Counted from the stretch's first letter, positions 21,036-32,487 are shown. The stretch: 64,000 nt of DNA from Ignavibacteriota bacterium (GCA_963701295.1 OY969585.1:1568001-1632000), one strand, 5' to 3'. Numbers and translations are program-made. The notes: generated by a model not told the origin, from the letters alone.

Positions 21036-22018
21036 CAATGAATAGAAAAATAGCATATCTATTTATCGTGACCATTACCTTTGTAATGTTGACTGCGTCA
21101 GACTGCAATCATAAGCAAAGGACTACAACAAAAATTAATAACGACGGCTCATGCGAGAGAACAGTCTTTGTCAAGAACGTCAGCGATACGTCTATGTATA
21201 GATCTTTTCCAGTTCCGACCGATAAAAGCTGGGAGAGTCGCATAGAGAGAGATTCGGTGAAAGAAGAAGTATATGTTGCCAGTAAGCGGTTTGACAATGT
21301 TAACCAAATGAATAACGAGTATAAAAGACCAAGCAAAGTTGGCATTGACCTCAAGTTTGAAAAGAAATTTCGATGGTTCTTTACGTACTTCAGCTATCAG
21401 GAAACGTATAAACCCTGCTTTCAAATTCAGAGAATTCCCATTCGCGCCTTTTTAACGAAAGAGGAATATGCTCAGTACGAGAATGGAGATACCAGTAAAG
21501 CATTAAAGGAGAGAATGGACGAGTTTTTGATGGCAAATCTCGTTGAAGAATTTTATAAACAATTGATCGATTCGGTGGAAAGTCTTCACGATCCATCCCT
21601 CCCTGTGAGTGTTTTCATCGCGAAGAAACATGAAATTGACTTTCACAACATGGAGCATAGCACAAAAGATGTCATTAAATATCTAGAGAGAACCCTTGGT
21701 CTTAAATTGAGAGGTAAATTGGAACGACAAATAGATGGTATTGAAAAGTTGATGGAAGCTAAGATTCAATTTATAATGGACGCGGGTGGCGATTATGTTA
21801 ACGAAGTGGTAATGCCTGGGATCATCTTGAACACAAACGCGAATACGGTAGAGGGAACTAAGGTTCTATGGCATTTTAATGAGGATAAATTCACATTCAT
21901 AAGTTATACAATGACTGTCGAATCCCGTATTGCCAATCCTTGGGCAACATATACAACCGGAGGAGTGTTGATTGTGATTGTTACACTCTTGATGTTGCCA
22001 CGATTGAAAAGAAAATAA
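21032..22018 (+). CDS. hypothetical exported protein/lipoprotein with C-terminal TM anchor
   Basis: Signal peptide ending near Cys, TKINNDGSCER motif, C-terminal hydrophobic helix plus basic tail. Confidence 0.65.
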   Translation: MTMNRKIAYLFIVTITFVMLTASDCNHKQRTTTKINNDGSCERTVFVKNVSDTSMYRSFPVPTDKSWESRIERDSVKEEVYVASKRFDNVNQMNNEYKRPSKVGIDLKFEKKFRWFFTYFSYQETYKPCFQIQRIPIRAFLTKEEYAQYENGDTSKALKERMDEFLMANLVEEFYKQLIDSVESLHDPSLPVSVFIAKKHEIDFHNMEHSTKDVIKYLERTLGLKLRGKLERQIDGIEKLMEAKIQFIMDAGGDYVNEVVMPGIILNTNANTVEGTKVLWHFNEDKFTFISYTMTVESRIANPWATYTTGGVLIVIVTLLMLPRLKRK

Positions 22019-22178
22019 CTGGGAAATAATGGAAATGCCATTGTAGGGTGTTCCTATGTAAGAGAATACGCTTGAATGGCTAATCCTCACTATCGGTGCC
22101 GCCCCAATCTTTGATAACGGTTATTCTTTTGTTATTATTCTCATGATCCATTATCTTCCTTAGGTAGGAGTGCATACG

Positions 22179-23207
22179 ATGAAGACTCTGCTAATTACTG
22201 TTTTAATTTGCTTTTCCATATCATGTCTTGTTGCTCAGGAAGTCCGGCCGGTACGTGATAGTATCGGTTATTGCTGGAATGCGGAACAGATGAAGCGACT
22301 CATAACTTATTTAGAAACAGAGGAAAAGGGATCAGTTCCACAACAATCATTTATTGCCGGAATTTCTCCTCATGATGATTTCCTTTATGCTGCGAGTGTT
22401 TATTATCCGCTTTTCCGATCCATAAAACCAAAAGAAGTTGTCATCTTTGGTGTTACTCACGCAACAGTACGGAAGGAAATCGGCGATCCACAAAATATCC
22501 TTCTTCTTGATGAATACAAAGCATGGACAGGTTGCGGTCGAAATATTGCAATTTCACCGTTACGGAATTTTCTCAGAAGCGAACTTGATACTCAATACTA
22601 TCGTGTGAATAACCAAGCGCACAAGCTTGAACATTCCATAGAAGCGATGATCCCGTGGCTTCAGTATTTCAATCCCGATATTCGTATCACACCGATAATG
22701 GTGACTGCGATGCCGTTCGAACGAATGGATGAAGTCTCGAAAAACTTATCTGAAATTTTAGCCACCTATATAAAGAGAAATAAACTTATTCTCGGAAAAG
22801 ATATCTTCTTTCTTTACTCATCAGATGCCAATCATTACGGAAAAGACTTTAATAATGTCCCATTTGGAGATGACAGTATAGCTCATGCAAAGGGAACAAA
22901 ACGAGATCAACAAATTGCCGACAAATATCTTGCCGGCACAGTCCAATCGGAGAAAATTCGCAACTTTACTTCAGAGATGAAAAATCTTGTGTGGTGCGGC
23001 AAGTTCTCGGTTCCGTTTGGTTTGTTGACTACTAAAAAAACTGTCCAGCTGCTATCCGGGAAGACGCTAACAGGAATAATTCTCCGCTACTCCGATTCAT
23101 ACACGGAGGGCGTTCTTCCGTTGAGACAAACGGGAATGGACACGACCGCACCGTTCTCTTTGAAACACTGGGTCGGTTATCTTTCGGCTGGATATAGAAT
23201 GGAATAG
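22179..23207 (+). CDS. MEMO1/AmmeMemoRadiSam protein B-like protein with signal peptide
   Basis: GISPHDD, IFGVTH, EHSIEA, SSDANHYG, WCG, WVGY motifs; AGGAG RBS. Confidence 0.8.
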   Translation: MKTLLITVLICFSISCLVAQEVRPVRDSIGYCWNAEQMKRLITYLETEEKGSVPQQSFIAGISPHDDFLYAASVYYPLFRSIKPKEVVIFGVTHATVRKEIGDPQNILLLDEYKAWTGCGRNIAISPLRNFLRSELDTQYYRVNNQAHKLEHSIEAMIPWLQYFNPDIRITPIMVTAMPFERMDEVSKNLSEILATYIKRNKLILGKDIFFLYSSDANHYGKDFNNVPFGDDSIAHAKGTKRDQQIADKYLAGTVQSEKIRNFTSEMKNLVWCGKFSVPFGLLTTKKTVQLLSGKTLTGIILRYSDSYTEGVLPLRQTGMDTTAPFSLKHWVGYLSAGYRME

Positions 23208-23246
23208 AGCTTCCATCAGGAAGCAAGAATAAGGATCGGGAAGAAA

Positions 23247-24380
23247 ATGTACTTAAATGAAATATCCTCTCATCGAGTTGCGCTTGTCCAAGATTGGCTC
23301 ACCGGTATGCGTGGTGGCGAGAAGATTCTCGAAGTCTTTTGCGAATTATTTCCTGATGCAACGATTTTTGCCACCATCCATAATGAAGGGATGATGTCGC
23401 CTGCTATTGAGCGTATGAAAATCAAAACTTCATTCATTCAGCATTTTCCTCTAAAGGCAACGAAGTACCGCAACTATTTACCGCTGATGCCCGCCGCCAT
23501 AGATGCGCTCGATTTTTCAGAATATGATTTCATCCTTTCTACCAGTGTTGCTGTAGCCAAAGCAGCAAAGCCGCACAGAGGTGCAGTGCACATCTGTTAT
23601 TGCAATACACCCATGCGGTACATTTGGGATCAGTACGATGAATATTTTGGAAAGGATCGCGCAGGAATCGTTACACGCACGACCATGTCGTTGATTGCGC
23701 CGTACCTTCGGCGCTGGGATATCCGCACGAGCGACCGTGTTCATCATTTTATTGCCAATTCTCATAATGTCGCAGAGCGTATCTCGCGGATCTATCACCG
23801 CACATCGGATGTCATTTATCCGCCGGTGAGTACAAATTTGTTCACTGTTTCGAATAAGGATGAAGGGTACTATCTCATTGTCAGTGCACTAGTCCCGTAT
23901 AAAAGAGTGGATCTCGCCATTGAGACGTTCAATCGGTTTGGTGAGAAACTTCTTGTTGTCGGTTCCGGACCTGAGATGGAAAAATTAAAGAAGGCGGCGA
24001 AAAAGAATATAGAATTTCTTGGATGGCAGAGCGATGAAAGTCTCGTGAGGCTGTATACAGGATGCCGTGCTTTGATTTTTCCGGGTGTCGAAGACTTCGG
24101 CATCGTTCCGCTCGAAGCGATGGCAAGTGGGAAGCCAGTGGTCGCGTTTGCAAAAGGGGGAGCGCTGGAAACTGTTGTCGGAGACGGCGACGCACCAACC
24201 GGTGTTTTCTTTCTCCACCAGACTGTTGAAGCGCTTGCCGAAGCTATGAAGGCTCTATCAAGAATGAAATATGATCCGTATGCCATTCGCCGGCATGCAG
24301 AGAAGTTTGATCGGAAAGAATTCAAACAGAAGATCTCGGAATACCTAACAAGACAAATCCCTGATGCAATTTGTAAATAA
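23247..24380 (+). CDS. glycosyltransferase family 4
   Basis: DWLTGMRGGEK, TPMRY, EDFGIVPLEAMASG. Confidence 0.93.
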   Translation: MYLNEISSHRVALVQDWLTGMRGGEKILEVFCELFPDATIFATIHNEGMMSPAIERMKIKTSFIQHFPLKATKYRNYLPLMPAAIDALDFSEYDFILSTSVAVAKAAKPHRGAVHICYCNTPMRYIWDQYDEYFGKDRAGIVTRTTMSLIAPYLRRWDIRTSDRVHHFIANSHNVAERISRIYHRTSDVIYPPVSTNLFTVSNKDEGYYLIVSALVPYKRVDLAIETFNRFGEKLLVVGSGPEMEKLKKAAKKNIEFLGWQSDESLVRLYTGCRALIFPGVEDFGIVPLEAMASGKPVVAFAKGGALETVVGDGDAPTGVFFLHQTVEALAEAMKALSRMKYDPYAIRRHAEKFDRKEFKQKISEYLTRQIPDAICK

Positions 24381-24435
24381 ATAACAGATCTGGAACTGGA
24401 AATTGAAGATCTGAGACTTCCGTCCTACCTATTCA

Positions 24436-25323
24436 CTACGCTAACTTTATTTCCATGCCTTCAGCGGCGCCGAAACATTGGATGGTCGACTTTTGAGCGA
24501 GAATCAATTTCTGTGCATGTTTCACCATAGCATCGATTGTGGCATCGTCATGTGCGGGATCGTGATGGAACAAAGCAAGTTGCTTCACGTTTGCTTTGAT
24601 CGCAAATTCCACAACTGATTCGATTGGAGAATGTCCCCAGCCGATCTTTGATCGATATTCATCCAATGTATATTGCGCCTCGCTGACAAGGAAGTCTGCT
24701 CCTGTGAGAAAGTCAATGAACTTCTGATCTAATTCTGCACCGTATTGAGACGCAAGTTGATCTTTTCGTGCGGCATGAAGTGTGTACCGGTATGGCTCAT
24801 TATCCGACGCAAAAATAAATGTTTTTCCGCCTTCGGAGATTTTATAGGCAAATGTCATTGCGGGATGATTAACATAGAAGGGGGTAATCTGTACATCTCC
24901 AATCCAGAAGGGCTCGCGTACTTCCTGCATTACTATTTGCGCGTTCAGGTCGCCTAATGGTACAGGAAAATATTCCGAATCCATTTGAAACTTCAAAAGA
25001 TCCTTCAAACTTTTATCGCGCGCTGGAGGCCCATAGACATTCACTTGGAAATTCTTTGCATAGGCGGGCATGAAGAATGGAAAACCCTGAATATGATCCC
25101 AATGCGTATGGCTGATGAAAAGATGTATGGTCACGGAGGGCTGGGTGGCAAATTCTTTTATCAGATGATTGCCGAGATCCCGTATTCCAGTTCCCGCATC
25201 GAAAATCAGTATTTGTTTGCTGACACGCACTTCGATGCATGATGTGTTCCCGCCGTACTTCACCGTCGATTTTCCCGGTGATGGAATGGATCCGCGTGTT
25301 CCCCAGAATCGAATGTCCATCAT
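24436..25323 (-). CDS. MBL-fold metallohydrolase (PhnP/phosphodiesterase-like)
   Basis: FWGTRGSIP, YGGNTSC, DAGTG, SHTHWDHIQG, GWGHS, FHHDP. Confidence 0.9.
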   Translation of the reverse strand: MMDIRFWGTRGSIPSPGKSTVKYGGNTSCIEVRVSKQILIFDAGTGIRDLGNHLIKEFATQPSVTIHLFISHTHWDHIQGFPFFMPAYAKNFQVNVYGPPARDKSLKDLLKFQMDSEYFPVPLGDLNAQIVMQEVREPFWIGDVQITPFYVNHPAMTFAYKISEGGKTFIFASDNEPYRYTLHAARKDQLASQYGAELDQKFIDFLTGADFLVSEAQYTLDEYRSKIGWGHSPIESVVEFAIKANVKQLALFHHDPAHDDATIDAMVKHAQKLILAQKSTIQCFGAAEGMEIKLA

Positions 25324-25718
25324 GGCTGACTCGCTCGTAAGTTCATGTAGAGAGTGGCAATTTCAAGAAGTTCCTTGGGTAAAAATGGTTTCACTACATA
25401 GGCATCAGCGCCCAATTGTATCGCCTTGTCCACATCGGTTTTATATGATTTTCCTGATGTGACAATAATTGCTGTGTGCCGCATGTTTGAATTAGCCCGA
25501 AGCATTTTGCAGACTTCAAAACCGTGCAATCCTTCCATCATAAGATCAAGGATGACTACGGCAGGAGGATTGATGAGCGCCTGTCGAACTCCTTCACCGC
25601 CGTCATGGGCAATCGATACATCAAACCCATTCCGTTCGAATATGACTTGAGAAAGCCGGCGGTGCGAAGCGTCATCGTCAATGATAAGTACTTTGGGTTT
25701 TGGTGCTGCTGTATCCAT
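25320..25718 (-). CDS. single-domain response regulator
   Basis: VLIIDDD, ILDLMM, VVKPF receiver motifs; 4-nt overlap with the MBL gene. Confidence 0.9.
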   Translation of the reverse strand: MDTAAPKPKVLIIDDDASHRRLSQVIFERNGFDVSIAHDGGEGVRQALINPPAVVILDLMMEGLHGFEVCKMLRANSNMRHTAIIVTSGKSYKTDVDKAIQLGADAYVVKPFLPKELLEIATLYMNLRASQP

Positions 25719-26012
25719 GAATTCAGATTTCCAATTAAATTCCAGTGTGACCCGCTCTTAAGAATAGTACGTCGAATTTATCAAAGAAGGAATACAAAAC
25801 TTGTGATGTAACACATTGTTTAGAAGGAAGAGAAGCATGCCGGATCACCCGCTGCTGTGTCGGAATACTATGAGCCCAGGTAGGTTTTATGCGCATGATG
25901 CCAAAGAAACCGTTGTAAACAATCATAGCGTTTGATAGATTAGCGAAGCAAGTCTTTGTTCAGTTCTAATTATGTACAATAAAAAAATGTTGATAATAAT
26001 TGAGGAACTACA

Positions 26013-26581
26013 ATGACGTTAAATTGGGCGGTTGCTTTGATTCTCTTAGGGTTTGGCGGCCTAGGACTCTTCATTCGCACATTTATCAAATCGACTGTCT
26101 CTGAATCTATAAAGCATCAGTTTGAGATGGAACGCTACAAAATGCGCTGAGAGTTTGACCGAGGGATTCATACAATTGACCGGAAAGATAAATTCGAGCT
26201 TGCAACTTTGGATAAAAGACTTGAAGGGCATCAACGTGCATATACACTTGCCATTAAAATGAACCAGACATTAGGGCAGCCAAACGAGGGAAAAGAAATC
26301 ATAAAAAAATGCCAGACATTCTGGGAGAAACAAAACCTTTTCCTGAACAATAATATAAGAAAAATATTTCAGGAATCCTTCTTCTTTTATCAAGAGTATC
26401 ATTTTATATTACGAAATGCAGGGGAACATGAACGAAAGGTTTCAGGTGCGAGCATAAATTATACAACGAGATAGAAAATAAGGAGGAAGAATTGAGAAAC
26501 CTTCCCTCAAACATTGAAGAAGCCGTAAATCTTGAATCGATCAAAAAGAAAGAATCGCCGAAGTTAGAGCAAAATTCATGA
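26013..26581 (+). pseudogene. degraded membrane-anchored coiled-coil hypothetical gene
   Basis: GAGGA RBS, ATG 26013, TM helix, in-frame TGA at 26148-26150 continuing into ORF 26208-26474. A probable frameshift near 26445 leads to EHKLYNEIENKEEELRNLP...QNS*. Confidence 0.55.
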
Positions 26582-26643
26582 CCGAACTGATTTGTGAAGG
26601 TAAATACAAGGACAGTAAGGAAGTTGCATGGGAAAGAGGAAGA

Positions 26644-26667
26644 GCAGACATCACCGACGTCGGCTAC
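26644..26667 (-). repeat. GTAG-type REP-like palindrome
   Basis: Minus strand reads GTAGCCGACGTCGGTGATGTCTGC, an imperfect hairpin with a GTAG foot between convergent genes. Confidence 0.45.
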
Positions 26668-26682
26668 AGATGATCGCGGGAT

Positions 26683-28629
26683 TTATTCTGCGGACTGAAT
26701 CTTTTCCATTTGCTCAGACACTTTTCCCCAGCGCCAATAAGCATCTTCTAATTCCTTCTGGCTCGATTTGTATTCTGCGGAAATAGTTTTTACTTCATCA
26801 CCCTTTTTATATAATTCTGGATCAGCGAGAAGACGTTCGATCTCACTTTTTCTCTGTTCGTGATGAGCGATCTCTGCTTCAATCGCTTCTAATTGCCGCT
26901 TCATGATACGTAGTTCTTTGTCTTTTACCTTTTTGCGGTCTTGCTCTTCTTGCCGGGCAGCATGCGCTGTTGCTTTCGAATTATCCGGTGGTTTCATCTG
27001 TATGGCGGTTTGCCGGGAAAGAATTTCCTGTTTTTTCTTTGCGAAATATTCAGACATGGAACCGAGATAGAGGTACATTAAGCCGGAATGTAATTCCAGG
27101 ACTTTGTTTATGATTGGATCGAGAAAGGCACGGTCGTGCGAAACGATGAGGAACGTTCCTTCGTATTCGGCGAGTGCGGTTTGTAGCACTTTCTTCGAAC
27201 GCATATCAAGGTGATTAGTTGGTTCGTCCATGATGAGAAAGTTGGCTGGTCGAAGAAGCATGCGTGCGAGGGCTAATCTGCTTTTTTCGCCTCCGGAAAG
27301 TACCGATACTCGTTTAAATACATCGTCGCCGTGGAAGAGGAAAGAACCGAGAAGAGTGCGTAATTGTGTCTTTGTCTCGGATGAAGAAACCTCTTCTACC
27401 GTTTGAAGAACATCTTTGGAAAGGTCGAGTTCATCCGCCTGATCTTGCCCGAAGTAAGAGAGCAGAACGTTATGTCCAACGATCCGTTCGCCTTTCTCGA
27501 ATGATTCTTCTCCGGATATAATCCGGACGAGCGTCGATTTCCCCGAGCCGTTTACACCCACTACTGCAATACGGTCACCGCGTTCCACCTTGAAATCAAG
27601 ATGACTAAATACTTGAAGCGAATCATAGTTCTTTTGTATTCCCTGTAAATCTAAAACCACACGCCCACTCGAAACTGGCTGTGGAAACCTGAACCGAAGC
27701 GCTTCTTCTTCACGTTCTACTTCGACAATTTCGATTTTCTCCAGCATCTTCACGCGGCTCTGTACTTGCCGTGCTTTCGTGGCTTTGTACCGAAAGCGGT
27801 CGATGAATTCTTGCGTCTGCTTGATCTGGTCTTGCTGATTCCGTTGTTGACTCAAAAGAAGTTCGCGCCGAACGAGGCGCTCTTTTTCAAAGAAAGAATA
27901 ATTGCCGGCGTATTCCTCAAACCTCCCGGCAGAAAGAGCAAATGTACGTGAAGTGAGGTTATCGAGAAATGCACGGTCGTGCGAGACGAGGATAATAGCG
28001 CCGTTATATTGACGAAGATATTCTTCTAACCATTGGAGCGATTCGAGATCGAGGTGATTCGTCGGTTCGTCAAGAAGTAAAAGACTCGGTTCCTGCAACA
28101 GCAATTTTGCCATCGCGATACGCATTTGCCAGCCGCCGCTGAATTCTTCTGTCAGCCGATTGAGATCTTTTTGAGAAAAACCCAATCCATTCAAGATACG
28201 TTCGATCTTTGAGCGCATCCGGTACGCGTCAAGATCTTCAAGCTTATGCTGTAATTCCCCATAGACTTCAAGTGTGTCGGCGTACTCTTCACTTGTTGAA
28301 TCGAGCTCAGCCAGAGTATCCTGTGCTTCGCTTAGTTTTTGCTGTGTATCTAATATATCTTCAAACGCTGTCTCCGCTTCTTCATAAAGTGTTTTGCCAT
28401 GGAGAGCGATCGTTTCCTGCTGAAGATACCCGACCGTTATATAATGGGCTTTCTTGACGGTTCCTTCTTCTCCCTGCGGCATACTGGAGATGATACGGAG
28501 CAGCGTGGTTTTTCCGCTACCGTTGGAACCAACTAATCCGATACGGTCGCGCGGGCCGACTGTTGTTGAGATGTCGTGGAAGAGTGTTCGTTCTCCAAAC
28601 TCAAGAGTAACATGTTCGAGTGAAAGCAT
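26683..28629 (-). CDS. ABC-F family ATPase
   Basis: Two ABC domains (GSNGSGKT/FSGGW/LLLDEPTNHLD and GVNGSGKS/LSGGEK/DEPTNHLD), no TM segments, C-terminal coiled coil. Confidence 0.95.
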   Translation of the reverse strand: MLSLEHVTLEFGERTLFHDISTTVGPRDRIGLVGSNGSGKTTLLRIISSMPQGEEGTVKKAHYITVGYLQQETIALHGKTLYEEAETAFEDILDTQQKLSEAQDTLAELDSTSEEYADTLEVYGELQHKLEDLDAYRMRSKIERILNGLGFSQKDLNRLTEEFSGGWQMRIAMAKLLLQEPSLLLLDEPTNHLDLESLQWLEEYLRQYNGAIILVSHDRAFLDNLTSRTFALSAGRFEEYAGNYSFFEKERLVRRELLLSQQRNQQDQIKQTQEFIDRFRYKATKARQVQSRVKMLEKIEIVEVEREEEALRFRFPQPVSSGRVVLDLQGIQKNYDSLQVFSHLDFKVERGDRIAVVGVNGSGKSTLVRIISGEESFEKGERIVGHNVLLSYFGQDQADELDLSKDVLQTVEEVSSSETKTQLRTLLGSFLFHGDDVFKRVSVLSGGEKSRLALARMLLRPANFLIMDEPTNHLDMRSKKVLQTALAEYEGTFLIVSHDRAFLDPIINKVLELHSGLMYLYLGSMSEYFAKKKQEILSRQTAIQMKPPDNSKATAHAARQEEQDRKKVKDKELRIMKRQLEAIEAEIAHHEQRKSEIERLLADPELYKKGDEVKTISAEYKSSQKELEDAYWRWGKVSEQMEKIQSAE

Positions 28630-28752
28630 AATGATTTCTGAAAACTATAAATAATAATTCAATATAAGGAAAAGTGTTTGAGCAGAAAATCTTTTCGCCG
28701 TCGTGGGCAAAATTATTTGTTATTGAGCAATGTGTTGTCTTTTGCTCTATTG

Positions 28753-30576
28753 CTATTCGAAGTTTTCTGGTTCCAGCTTATTGCGAATAGCAGCAATCCA
28801 CTTTGGCACGGCGTTGATCATGACGACTATGACGCTTCCCATTATAACTACGGTGAGAAGAAGGTTGATGCTTCCCTGAAGCTGGGTCTTCGGCACAGAT
28901 AGCATTGGGTAGAAGAGATTCATGATATTCAAGCAACCGGCAGATAATGTTGTGAATGCTACGAAGATGAGGGGCAAAAGAGTGACCCAGGCGTACTTTG
29001 CTTTTCCACGATTAATGATGAACGATGTGCCGACTGTGAGTGCAATAGCCGCAAGCAGCTGATTTGCTGTCCCAAACATCGGCCAGATAGAAGAAACACT
29101 GCCAGTGTAAATAAAATATGCCCACATGGAAACAATGAGAAGACTGGCTATGAGGTTGCCAGGAAGCCAATCAGCTTGTCCAAACGGTTTGTAAATCTTG
29201 CCAATCATTTCCTGCAAGATAAAGCGGCCTATGCGTGTTCCGGCATCAATAGTTGTGAGAATGAAGAGTGCCTCGAACATAATTGCAAAGTGATACCAGT
29301 ATGACATGAGTTTGCTTAAACCGGGAATACTGGAAAATATCTGTGCCATACCGACAGCTAACGATACCGCACCGCCTGTTCTGCCGATAATGTTCTCTCC
29401 CACTTCAGCGGAAAGCTGCGTAATGTTTGATTCGGTGAATCCCATTGCATGCAGTTGAGGAAGAATAGCTTGGAATTTTTCCACCGGTACGTTGATCATG
29501 AAATAATCGAGCGGAAGCATACTCGCCGCGGCAATTAGAGCTAGTACGCTGACTATTCCTTCTGACAACATTGCACCGACAGCAATGAACTTGATCTGCG
29601 ATTCTTGCATTAGCATTTTGGGTGTTGTCCCGGAACTGACCAGCGAATGAAATCCTGAAATGGCTCCGCATGCAATGGTAATAAACAAATACGGAAACAA
29701 TGTACCGGGAATGATCGGTCCACCACCATGAATGTATGAAGTAAACGCAGGCATTTTTAAATCGGGTGCGACAATAATAATACCCACAGCAAGCATAGCA
29801 ACCACACCGAGTTTCATAATGGAGCTCAGATAATCGCGTGGTGAAAGCAGAAGCCAAACCGGTAGGACCGAAGCAAAGAAACCGTAGAAAGCCAAAAGGA
29901 TCGTCAATGTGTTGCGATTATATGTGAACCATGAAGCAATCGATGATTCCGGAATGTAGCGGCCATAGATCACAGCAGCAGTAAGTAAAACAACGCCGCC
30001 TATAGTCGCTTCGACGACCTTTCCTTTCCGAAATTGAAACATCCAGATACCCATGAGAAGTGCAATTGGGATGGTACACGCAATAGTGAATGTTCCCCAA
30101 GAACTTTCGGCAAGCGAGTTCACAACGACCAGTCCTAATCCAGCCATCGCCACAACGAGAATGATGAGAATAGCCAGAGAGGAAATCGAACCGCTCAGTT
30201 TACTGATTTCCATCTTCGCAATTTCTGCCAAGGACTTCCCGTCATACCGTATTGAAGCGACGAGAATAACAAAATCGTGTACTGCACCTGCCATAACTGC
30301 TCCGATCACCATCCACAGAAAGCCGGGGAAGTACCCAAACTGCACCGCGAGTACGGGTCCAACCAGTGGACCTGCGCCAGCAATTGCTGCAAAGTGATGA
30401 CCAAAGAGAACCCATTTGTTCATTGGGTAATAGTTCTGGCCATCGTAGAGGCGATTGGCTGGTGTGACATTCGTGTCGTTAATAACAGCTACTTTTGCAG
30501 CTATAAAACTAAAGTAGAAACGATAGGCAAGCGCGAAGAATGCAAGTGCAGCGATAAGTAATGGCATAGCATTCAT
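28753..30576 (-). CDS. cstA: carbon starvation protein A (peptide/pyruvate transporter)
   Basis: [59 protein letters not shown]. Confidence 0.95.
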   Translation of the reverse strand: MNAMPLLIAALAFFALAYRFYFSFIAAKVAVINDTNVTPANRLYDGQNYYPMNKWVLFGHHFAAIAGAGPLVGPVLAVQFGYFPGFLWMVIGAVMAGAVHDFVILVASIRYDGKSLAEIAKMEISKLSGSISSLAILIILVVAMAGLGLVVVNSLAESSWGTFTIACTIPIALLMGIWMFQFRKGKVVEATIGGVVLLTAAVIYGRYIPESSIASWFTYNRNTLTILLAFYGFFASVLPVWLLLSPRDYLSSIMKLGVVAMLAVGIIIVAPDLKMPAFTSYIHGGGPIIPGTLFPYLFITIACGAISGFHSLVSSGTTPKMLMQESQIKFIAVGAMLSEGIVSVLALIAAASMLPLDYFMINVPVEKFQAILPQLHAMGFTESNITQLSAEVGENIIGRTGGAVSLAVGMAQIFSSIPGLSKLMSYWYHFAIMFEALFILTTIDAGTRIGRFILQEMIGKIYKPFGQADWLPGNLIASLLIVSMWAYFIYTGSVSSIWPMFGTANQLLAAIALTVGTSFIINRGKAKYAWVTLLPLIFVAFTTLSAGCLNIMNLFYPMLSVPKTQLQGSINLLLTVVIMGSVIVVMINAVPKWIAAIRNKLEPENFE

Positions 30577-31059
30577 AGAAGTTTTGTTCCGCTACGTACA
30601 ATTGACATGTATAGAAACACTCTCTATTCTCTCATATCCCTGTTCATTCTGTTCCTTATGACATCAATCAGGAATATATCAATGTGATCGTCATTGATAT
30701 GTCCTACAATTGAGATCAACGGCACCTTCCATTTGTAAGAATGTTGATCAATCTAAAATGATTTCTCTGAATATTAAACACGCATTGCCTTTATCGTTTA
30801 TTTAATTAAGTACGATTTGACTAGTCGGATGGTTTCTGTGAAAAAAGAGACAATTCAGAAAATGAATATTTTTGATACACTATATAAAAGACATTTGCTG
30901 AAATGCACAGTCGATATAAAATTCAACTCGTGAGAAGCAATTATTGTGGAAAAATATTCTTCAACAAATTGATCACAAAAACGACTTTGGTACACTCTCT
31001 GATGGTGAGGAGGTGTTGTGAGTGATATTTCTATCAATACAAAAGTGATACATGTACCG

Positions 31060-32487
31060 TTATTTCCTCACTAAAGAACCCTTTTGCATCTGTTCGAACA
31101 AGAATGAGCGCAGTCTCATTAATGAAGGACTAATCCCGACTTTGTATTGCTGCGGATTTTCAAAACGTTTATATTCCGGAGATAAGCAAACGAATCTGTG
31201 CGAGACATAACTTGCACTTTCTGTCGTAGTCGGCATTTTGCCGACGATGCGTCCATTTTCCATCATTTTGAACATAATGGGCTTTGCTGTGTACTCTTCT
31301 ACATTACGATGTTGTTCTGTAAAAAAAGGATGATAGAAAATATCAATACCCTCTTCTGTTTCCAGCATAATCCCGTCTGTATCAAAGTATCCATTCCCGT
31401 CAAAGTAGCGCATCACTTTTTTTCGTCCGGGCAGCGTTGTCCTTGCATAATTGTCCGAGAACTTTAGCGTAGGCTGATTCCCTATAACGCTTTGTTTGTA
31501 CACACCTTGCAAAACGGGGCAATTGTGGGCAGTCAAGAGACGTGTTCCAACGCCGAATCCATCAATGGGCGCTCCTTGTTGGAGGAGACTGCTAATGAGA
31601 ATCTCATCCAGTTGATTGGAAGCGACAATTTGTACATAATTAAGTCTTGCTGCATCGAGTTGCGCACGAGCCTTCTTGCTCAGAAGGGCGAGATCGCCAC
31701 TATCGAGCCGGATAGCTTTGAGTTTTTGACCTCTTGCTTCCATTTCCTTTGCCACCTTCATAGCATTTGGTAAGCCGCTGCGTAATGTATTATAAGTGTC
31801 GACGAGAAGGATACAATTGTCGGGATAGATTTCTGCATACTTGCGGAATGCGATTAGTTCATCGCCGAAACTTTGGACCCATGAATGCGATTGTGTACCC
31901 GTTACTTCAAGTGAGTAATGATAAGCAGCGTACACATTTGAGGTCGCATCCACTCCACCGATAATAGCAGCTTTGCTTGCGTGGATACCCCCTAAACCCT
32001 GTGCACGGCGTAATCCGAAATCATAGAGCTTCCGATTACCGGCAGCGAACCGAATGCGAGACGCTTTCGTAGCGATGAGCGATTCAAAGTTGAGAAGATT
32101 CAAGAGCAGCGTTTCTATTATTTGTGTTTCGATAAGACTTCCTTCTACACGAACGATCGGTTCCAATGGAAATATGAGTTCACCTTCACGCATTGAATGA
32201 ATAGTACCGTTGAAACGGAAACGTCGGAGGTACTGAAGAAACTCTTGTTTGAATCCTAGCGATTGAAGATATTCAACTTCTGCGTCCTCAAACCTGTATG
32301 TTTCGAGAATTTCCAACAGATCACTGAGTCCGGCAAAAACGACATAACCGTTCCCAAAGGGATTCTCGCGAAAAAAATAGTCAAAGACGGCGGTCGTCTG
32401 CGCTTTCCCTGAAAGGAAGTAACCCTGTGCCATTGTGAGTTGATAATAATCTATATAAAGTGCTGCATGCGAATCGAATACTCTCAT
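31060..32487 (-). CDS. pncB: nicotinate phosphoribosyltransferase
   Basis: DYYQLTMAQGY, DFGLRRAQG, SHSW, LVDTY, RLDSGD, GVGT. Confidence 0.93.
   Translation of the reverse strand: MRVFDSHAALYIDYYQLTMAQGYFLSGKAQTTAVFDYFFRENPFGNGYVVFAGLSDLLEILETYRFEDAEVEYLQSLGFKQEFLQYLRRFRFNGTIHSMREGELIFPLEPIVRVEGSLIETQIIETLLLNLLNFESLIATKASRIRFAAGNRKLYDFGLRRAQGLGGIHASKAAIIGGVDATSNVYAAYHYSLEVTGTQSHSWVQSFGDELIAFRKYAEIYPDNCILLVDTYNTLRSGLPNAMKVAKEMEARGQKLKAIRLDSGDLALLSKKARAQLDAARLNYVQIVASNQLDEILISSLLQQGAPIDGFGVGTRLLTAHNCPVLQGVYKQSVIGNQPTLKFSDNYARTTLPGRKKVMRYFDGNGYFDTDGIMLETEEGIDIFYHPFFTEQHRNVEEYTAKPIMFKMMENGRIVGKMPTTTESASYVSHRFVCLSPEYKRFENPQQYKVGISPSLMRLRSFLFEQMQKGSLVRK

Noticed and set aside
13506-26150. Selenocysteine, pyrrolysine or genome-wide stop-codon reassignment to explain in-frame stops
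   Set aside because: The stops align to Gly, Arg or Trp-type positions rather than catalytic Cys or Lys, and TGA and TAG terminate many intact genes in the window.
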